Source: Erythrobacteraceae bacterium (lineage in GTDB: Bacteria; Pseudomonadota; Alphaproteobacteria; Sphingomonadales; Sphingomonadaceae). From it: a DNA stretch of 44,054 nucleotides. Below are positions 38,319 to 44,054 of this stretch, in pieces. Below the pieces are notes generated by a model. That model was not told the origin of the DNA. It worked only from the letters and a program-made list of their open reading frames with translations, and searched no databases. How positions within the stretch are numbered: position 1 is the first letter of the stretch; every line of letters begins with the position of its first letter. The DNA lies in contig JANOAH010000180.1 of the NCBI GenBank assembly GCA_031411075.1, forward strand, positions 1 to 44,054, in the 5' to 3' direction. The position numbers and the translations under genes were made by a program.

Positions 38319-39206
38319 ATGTTCGACGTGCTGGCAGGGGCAACTGGCGAGGCGATCCGCTGGGACAGCCTCGGTTTGCGGCCCGGGATCGAGCTCGGCT
38401 TCTTCACCCTGCGGTTCTATTCGCTCGCCTATCTCGCCGGGATCGTGCTGGGCTACTGGCACCTGACCAGGATGATCAAGGCGCCCGGCAGCCCGATGGC
38501 GCAGCGCCACGCCGACGACCTGTTCTTCTACTGCACGCTGGGCATCATCTTCGGCGGGCGGCTCGGCTATTCCCTGTTCTACAAGCCCGAACTGTTCACC
38601 CATTTCACCTCCGGCGAATTCGTCAGCTGGGACCTGCTCAGGCTGTGGGACGGGGGGATGAGCTTCCACGGCGGGCTGATCGGCACGGTCATCGCCATCG
38701 CCTGGGTGGCGTGGCGCGGCAGCCTCAGTTTCATCCGGGTGTGCGACTATATCGCGGTCAACGTCGGCTTCGGCATGCTGTTCGGCCGGCTGGCCAACTT
38801 CATCAATGGCGAGCTGTGGGGCCGCCCGGTGACCGGCGACGTGCCGTGGGCGATGATTTTCCCCGGCGATCCGCTCGGCCTGCCGCGACACCCCAGCCAG
38901 CTTTACGAGGCGCTGCTCGAAGGGGCGCTGGTGATCGCGGTGATGCTGCCGCTGTTCTGGAAGACCCGCGCCCGCTATCGCCCGGGGCTCCTGGTGGGCG
39001 TGTTCACGGCACTCGTCACCGGCGCGCGGTTCGTGGTCGAATTCTTTCGCGAGCCCGATCAGGGGCTCGGCTGGATGGTCACTGACACGGGCCTGTCGCG
39101 TGGTCAGTGGCTGAGCCTGCCGCTGATCGCGCTGGGCCTGGGCCTGGCGATCTGGGCGCTGACGCGGCGCGAAGCGGGCACGGCGGCCCAACCCGCCGAG
39201 GCGTGA
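38319..39206 (+). CDS. lgt: Prolipoprotein diacylglyceryl transferase
   Basis: 'GGRLGY', 'GGMSFHGG', 'GRLANFINGELWGR', 'RHPSQLYE' and 'EFFREPD'. Confidence 0.97.
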   Translation: MFDVLAGATGEAIRWDSLGLRPGIELGFFTLRFYSLAYLAGIVLGYWHLTRMIKAPGSPMAQRHADDLFFYCTLGIIFGGRLGYSLFYKPELFTHFTSGEFVSWDLLRLWDGGMSFHGGLIGTVIAIAWVAWRGSLSFIRVCDYIAVNVGFGMLFGRLANFINGELWGRPVTGDVPWAMIFPGDPLGLPRHPSQLYEALLEGALVIAVMLPLFWKTRARYRPGLLVGVFTALVTGARFVVEFFREPDQGLGWMVTDTGLSRGQWLSLPLIALGLGLAIWALTRREAGTAAQPAEA

Positions 39207-40267
39207 GCAGGGCCGATCCCGCCACCGCGCCGCTGGCCGACGTCTTCCGGCGGCTGATCGCCTCGACCGGGCCGATCAGCGTGGCCCAGTTCATGGGCGA
39301 ATCGAACGCGCGCTACTACGCGGCCCGCGATCCGCTCGGCACCGCTGGCGATTTCATCACCGCGCCCGAAATCAGCCAGATGTTCGGCGAATTGGTCGGC
39401 CTGTGGCTGGCCGACCTGTGGATCCGCGCCGGCCGCACCGAGCCGGCGCTCTATGTCGAGCTCGGGCCCGGGCGCGGCACGCTGGCGGCCGATGCCCTGC
39501 GGGCGATGAGCCGCTATGGCCTGACCCCCGAAGTCCACTTCGTCGAAGGGTCGACCGAGTTGAAGCGACTGCAACTGGCCGCAGTGCCGCAGGCGCAGTT
39601 CCATGCCGACTTGTCGAGCGTGCCGTTCGACGGGCCGCTGCTGCTGGTCGCCAACGAGTTTCTCGACGCGCTGCCGGTGCGCCAGCTGATCATGGCGCCC
39701 GATGGTTGGCGCGAAGTGATGCTGGCGAGCGACGAGGCCGGCGCGTTCGTCCCCGTCGCCGGGCGTCAGCCGATGGACGCGGCGGTGCCCGAAGCGCGCC
39801 GTGCGGCCGAGGTCGGCACGGTGATCGAGACCTGTCCCGCCGCCGCGGCAATCGTGTTCGAGGCGGCCGGGCGGCTAGCCGAGCAGGGCGGGGCGGCGCT
39901 GTTCATCGACTATGGCCACACCGTGCCGCGTACCGGCTCGACGCTCCAGGCCGTGTCGCGGCACACGAAAATCGATCCGTTTTCGGCTCCCGGCGAAGCG
40001 GACCTCACCGCGCATGTCGATTTCGCCATCCTCGCCGACATCGCCCAATCGCGCGGCGCGCGCTGGTTGGGCACGGTCAGCCAAGGCCAGTTCCTGCGCG
40101 CGCTCGGCATCGAGGCGCGCGCCGAAGCGCTGGCCGGCTTCGCGCCGCAGCACCGCGATACGCTTGTGCGCGCGCTGCACCGGCTGACGGGCGATGACGA
40201 GATGGGCACCTTGTTCAAGGTCATGGCGCTGTCCGGTGCCGATTGGCCCGAGGCGGTCGGGTTCTGA
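39203..40267 (+). CDS. SAM-dependent methyltransferase, MidA/NDUFAF7 family
   Basis: 'GDFITAPEISQMFGE', 'ELGPGRGTL', 'ANEFLDALP', 'IDYG' and 'ADLTAHVDF'; GTGA overlap with lgt. Confidence 0.93.
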   Translation: MSRADPATAPLADVFRRLIASTGPISVAQFMGESNARYYAARDPLGTAGDFITAPEISQMFGELVGLWLADLWIRAGRTEPALYVELGPGRGTLAADALRAMSRYGLTPEVHFVEGSTELKRLQLAAVPQAQFHADLSSVPFDGPLLLVANEFLDALPVRQLIMAPDGWREVMLASDEAGAFVPVAGRQPMDAAVPEARRAAEVGTVIETCPAAAAIVFEAAGRLAEQGGAALFIDYGHTVPRTGSTLQAVSRHTKIDPFSAPGEADLTAHVDFAILADIAQSRGARWLGTVSQGQFLRALGIEARAEALAGFAPQHRDTLVRALHRLTGDDEMGTLFKVMALSGADWPEAVGF

Positions 40268-41523
40268 TGGCGCACCGGGTCTCCAATCGCTCGATCGTGG
40301 TCGCCGCGCTCTCGACCGTGGTCGAATGGTACGATTTCACGCTCTACCTCTACTTCGCCACGGTGCTGGCGCGGGTGTTCTTCGGCAGCGGCGAAAGCGC
40401 ATTGCTGACCACGCTCGGAACGTTCGCGCTGGCCTATCTGATGCGGCCGATCGGCGCGGTCGTGTTCGGGCATATCGGCGATGTGCGCGGGCGGCGGCCG
40501 ATGCTGCTGTTGTCGATGGCGGTAATGTCGGTGGCAATGCTTCTGACCGCGCTGCTGCCGACCGAGGTGCAGATCGGCCCGGCGGCGGCGTGGCTGCTGT
40601 TCGGCTTGCGCTGCGTGATGGGCTTCTCGGTCGGTGGCGAATACACCGGCGTGATCGCTTATCTGCTCGAAGGCGCGCGGCCCGAGCGGCGCGGACTGGT
40701 GGCGAGCCTGGCAGCGGCGGCGAGCGAAGTCGGCGCGCTGCTCGCGGTGGGCGTTGCGGCCCTGACCGTCAGCCTGGTCTCCGAAGCCGAGCTGCAGAGC
40801 TGGGGGTGGCGCATCCCGTTTCTGGTCGGCGCGGCGCTGGCCGGCGCGGTGTGGATAGCGCGTGCGAGCCTCGAAGAATCGCCCGATTTCCTGGCGCTGC
40901 GCGAGGCCGGGTCGCTCGAGCGGCGGCCGCTCGCCCATGCGCTGTCGCGCCAGCGCGCCGGGCTGGCGCGGGCGTTCGCCATCTCGGCGCTCGGCTCGAT
41001 CACCTACTACGTCGGCATTTCCTATGTCCCGGCGTTCCTGACCTCGACCGGCGCGATGGGCGAGGGCGCAGCGCTGTGGCTGTCGACCATCGCCGCGGTG
41101 GCGGTGATTGCGGTCACCCCGCTGGTCGGCCTCGCCTCCGACCGGAGCGGGCGCAAGCCGGCTCTGATCGCGCTCGCGCTGCTCAGCGCAGCGCTGCCGA
41201 TCACGCTGTTCACCTGGCTCGGCGGCGCGTCGGAACACGGTGCGCTGGCCGGCGCGGTAGTGCTTGCGCTGCTCGCCGGCGGGATCAGCGCGGTCGGTGC
41301 AATCTCCACGGGAGAACAGTTCGACCATGCCAGCCGGGCCAGCGGCCTCGGCCTCGGCTACACGCTGGCAACGGCGGTATTCGGCGGGCTGACGCCATGG
41401 TTGGCGCAATGGCTGGTCGATCGTACCGGCTATGCGCCGATACCCGGGGTGATGATCGCGGTCGTCGCGGTCGCGGTGCTGCCGGTGTTCGCGACGATGC
41501 GCGAGACTGCCCCGCGCGCCTGA
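40267..41523 (+). CDS. MFS transporter, metabolite:H+ symporter (ProP/KgtP-like)
   Basis: 'EWYDF', 'MRPIGAVVFGHIGDVRGRR', 'GGEYTG' and 'WGWRIPFL'; about 12 hydrophobic segments. Confidence 0.92.
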   Translation: MAHRVSNRSIVVAALSTVVEWYDFTLYLYFATVLARVFFGSGESALLTTLGTFALAYLMRPIGAVVFGHIGDVRGRRPMLLLSMAVMSVAMLLTALLPTEVQIGPAAAWLLFGLRCVMGFSVGGEYTGVIAYLLEGARPERRGLVASLAAAASEVGALLAVGVAALTVSLVSEAELQSWGWRIPFLVGAALAGAVWIARASLEESPDFLALREAGSLERRPLAHALSRQRAGLARAFAISALGSITYYVGISYVPAFLTSTGAMGEGAALWLSTIAAVAVIAVTPLVGLASDRSGRKPALIALALLSAALPITLFTWLGGASEHGALAGAVVLALLAGGISAVGAISTGEQFDHASRASGLGLGYTLATAVFGGLTPWLAQWLVDRTGYAPIPGVMIAVVAVAVLPVFATMRETAPRA

Positions 41524-41529
41524 TCAACG

Positions 41530-43038
41530 CTAACGCCCGGCGATCGCCTTTTTCGAAAGCGTCAGGTCGATGACCAGGCCGCCCGGCTCGAACCGCCGTT
41601 CCCATTGACCGCCGAGCGTGCCGGTGACGCTCATTTCGACCAGTCGCGAGCCGAACCCGTCGGCCCGCTCCTTCGCCACCGGCGGTCCGCCGTGCTCGGC
41701 CCAGGTCAGCGCTACGGTATCGCCGAGATCGCGGATCGACAGGCCGACCGTGCCACCCGCCGCCGACAGCGCGCCGTACTTGGCCGAATTGGTCGCCAAT
41801 TCGTGGAACACCAGCGCAAGCGGTGTCGCCGCCTGAGCCGAGACTTTGACATCGTCGCCCGACACCTCGACGCACGGCCGCTTGTCGGCGCAATATGGCT
41901 GGAACAGGTCGGCCAACAATCCGTGCAGGCCGCTGTGCCGGACCATGCCGGAGGGGCGGACATAATCGTGCGCGCGGCCGAGCGCATGGATGGTGCCGAG
42001 CAGTTCGTCGGCAAAGGGCTTGTGCTCGGGCCGTCTGCGCACCGACAGCGACACCAGACCGGCGACCACGGCAAAAATGTTTTTGATCCGGTGGCTGAGC
42101 TCCTTGGCCAGCAGGTCGCGGCTTTCCGACGCTTCGTAGATGTCGTGAATATCGACCGCGGTGCCGAACCAGCGGGTGATCGCGCCCGAAGAATCGCGCA
42201 CCGGTACCGCGCGGCTGATCATCCAGCGGTATTCCCCGTCATGGCGGCGAAGCCGGTGCTCGATCTCGTAAGTCTCGCCGCTGGCAAGCGAATGCTGCCA
42301 CGCTGCGCTGGCTTTTTTCCAGTCGTCGGGATGGAAGTCGTCACCCTGCTGTTCGTCGTCCTTGCCGGTGAAATCGACCATCCGCTTGTTGAAGTAGTCG
42401 AAATGCCCGTCAGGAGTCGCCGACCAGGCAATCGCCGGGATCGAATCCGCCAGCGTGCGGAGATAGATTTCGCGTTCGTCCTGCTCGCGCTTGGCCGCGG
42501 CGCTATGCCGGCGTGACCGCAGGCGCCGCATCGCGGCCTGCGCCAGGACGTGCAAACCATCGCGCTGGAACTCGTTCAGACCCTGCGGTCGCGGCGCGGT
42601 ATCGATCACGCACAAGGCGCCGAGCGGCGTGCCGTCTTCGGCCACCAGCGGTTCGCCCGCATAAAAGCGGATATGCGGCGCCTCGGCGACGAAGGCGTTG
42701 GCGCTGAAGCGCGGATCGACCTGCGCGTCTGGCACTTCGAGCAGATCGTTGCCGCCCATGGCATGGACGCAGAACGAATCGGGCGCGGCCGGGGCTTCGG
42801 ACACCGGCAGCCCGTGGCGGGCGAGGAAGCGTTGCCGCTGAGGCTCGACCACGTTGACTACCGCGATCGGCGCATCGCACAGCTTCGCCGCGAAGCGCGC
42901 CAGCTCGGCCAATTCGGGATCGTTATCGAGCGAATCGATATCCGAGGCGGCCAGGACATGCCGGCGTTCGGGCGTGTCCACGGGCACGGGCGGCGGCATC
43001 GGCGCGACGGCCGGCGGCAAGAGAGCGTTATCGTCCAA
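41530..43038 (-). CDS. Soluble GAF-PAS-HWE histidine kinase (start TTG 43038 or ATG 43071)
   Basis: GAF ('SFCVHA..DPRF..IRFYAG.PL..GALCVID'), PAS/PAC ('HPDD..GEYRW..WFGTAVDI') and HWE motifs 'HRIKN', 'HELATN', 'WAEHGGP'. Confidence 0.92.
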   Translation of the reverse strand: MDDNALLPPAVAPMPPPVPVDTPERRHVLAASDIDSLDNDPELAELARFAAKLCDAPIAVVNVVEPQRQRFLARHGLPVSEAPAAPDSFCVHAMGGNDLLEVPDAQVDPRFSANAFVAEAPHIRFYAGEPLVAEDGTPLGALCVIDTAPRPQGLNEFQRDGLHVLAQAAMRRLRSRRHSAAAKREQDEREIYLRTLADSIPAIAWSATPDGHFDYFNKRMVDFTGKDDEQQGDDFHPDDWKKASAAWQHSLASGETYEIEHRLRRHDGEYRWMISRAVPVRDSSGAITRWFGTAVDIHDIYEASESRDLLAKELSHRIKNIFAVVAGLVSLSVRRRPEHKPFADELLGTIHALGRAHDYVRPSGMVRHSGLHGLLADLFQPYCADKRPCVEVSGDDVKVSAQAATPLALVFHELATNSAKYGALSAAGGTVGLSIRDLGDTVALTWAEHGGPPVAKERADGFGSRLVEMSVTGTLGGQWERRFEPGGLVIDLTLSKKAIAGR

Positions 43039-43182
43039 AATTACAGACCCAGCCGCGACATACAGCGTCATTCGTTCTAGGAAAAGCACTTAAGGTTAAG
43101 TTTGGCAGAAGAGTAATTTCACTTGTAACCTCTTGCCGGCCGGGCGGCGCTTGCTATGGCCGCCGCCAAGGAGACCCGGTGC

Positions 43183-44054
43183 ATGAAAGCCACCCCCGAT
43201 TTCGATTTCGGCCTCGGCGACGAGGCGGACATGATCCGCGAAACGGTGGCGCGGTTCGCCGACGAGGTCATCGCCCCGCGCGCCGAGGCGATCGACCGGG
43301 AAGACGCGTTCCCGGGTGACCTGTGGCCGCAAATGGGTGAGCTGGGCCTGCACGGCATCACCGTGGCCGAAGCCGATGGTGGGCTCGGCCTCGGCTATCT
43401 CGAGCATGTCATCGCGATCGAGGAAGTGAGCCGGGCCAGCGCCTCGGTCGGGCTCAGCTACGGCGCGCATTCGAACTTGTGCATCAACCAGATCGCCCGC
43501 TGGGGGACGCCGGAGCAGAAGGCCAAGTTCCTTCCCGGGCTGATCTCGGGCGAACATATCGGCGCACTGGCGATGAGCGAGCCGGCGGCCGGCTCGGATG
43601 TGGTGTCGATGAAGCTCAAGGCCGATGCGGTGCAGGGCGGCTTCGTGCTCAACGGCACCAAGTTCTGGATCACCAACGGGCACGAAGCCGAAACGCTGGT
43701 GGTTTACGGCAAGACCGATGCGGCGGCCGGGTCCAAGGGGATCACCGCGTTCCTGATCGAAAAGGACATGCCGGGGTTCAAGCCGGCGCAGAAAATCGGC
43801 AAGCTGGGCATGCGCGGCAGCCCGACCAGCGAACTGGTGTTCGATAACTGCGAAGTGCCCGAAGCCAACGTGCTGGGTGCGGTCGGCCAGGGCGTGAAGG
43901 TGCTGATGAGCGGGCTCGATTACGAGCGCGCGGTGCTCGCCGGGGTCCAGCTCGGGATCATGCAGGCGTGCCTCGACACCGTGATCCCTTATGTCCGCGA
44001 GCGCGAGCAATTCGGGCGGCCGATCGGCCAGTTCCAGCTGATCCAGGCCAAAGT
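43183..44054 (+). CDS. ivd: Isovaleryl-CoA dehydrogenase, 3'-truncated by window edge (not in the supplied ORF track)
   Basis: AAGGAG RBS; [12 protein letters not shown]..., '[15 protein letters not shown]', '[17 protein letters not shown]', '[10 protein letters not shown]', 'KLGMRGSPT' and 'LMSGLDYER'. Confidence 0.93.
   Translation, partial: MKATPDFDFGLGDEADMIRETVARFADEVIAPRAEAIDREDAFPGDLWPQMGELGLHGITVAEADGGLGLGYLEHVIAIEEVSRASASVGLSYGAHSNLCINQIARWGTPEQKAKFLPGLISGEHIGALAMSEPAAGSDVVSMKLKADAVQGGFVLNGTKFWITNGHEAETLVVYGKTDAAAGSKGITAFLIEKDMPGFKPAQKIGKLGMRGSPTSELVFDNCEVPEANVLGAVGQGVKVLMSGLDYERAVLAGVQLGIMQACLDTVIPYVREREQFGRPIGQFQLIQAK

Noticed and set aside
43089-43100. CTTAAGGTTAAG as a CtrA box
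   Set aside because: The TTAA half-sites are 2 nt apart rather than 7; at most a half-site.

Overview
GC-rich bacterial chromosomal segment. Gene content and protein style point to Alphaproteobacteria, most likely Sphingomonadales (inference). About 42 densely packed, mostly housekeeping CDSs: uppP (partial), phhA, recQ, ribA, xth, lolA, rpmG, arfB, an RluA-family enzyme, a pabB-pabC fusion, a DUF853 ATPase, three peptidases (M1, pepP, ptrB), ald, ndh, ftsK, yggS, glnD, lgt, a MidA-like methyltransferase, an MFS transporter, an HWE kinase and ivd (partial). Also present are an SPFH/ribbon-helix-helix pair, an EF-hand/OmpR/kinase module and several small lipoproteins. I saw no rRNA, tRNA, CRISPR array, transposase, prophage or defence island. 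The interesting signal is small-scale: (1) a 24-bp element found once between genes and once inserted in frame in pepP, adding 8 codons; (2) a probable unannotated sRNA with C-rich loops between xth and lolA; (3) an AT-rich operator in front of the SPFH-RHH pair; (4) an ndh gene that appears to start at ATC; (5) an anti-SD-loop hairpin in the EF-hand operon leader; (6) a MITE-like 133-bp element; (7) a palindromic -10 shared by two divergent, probably leaderless genes. All family assignments come from motif recognition by eye, not from database searches.
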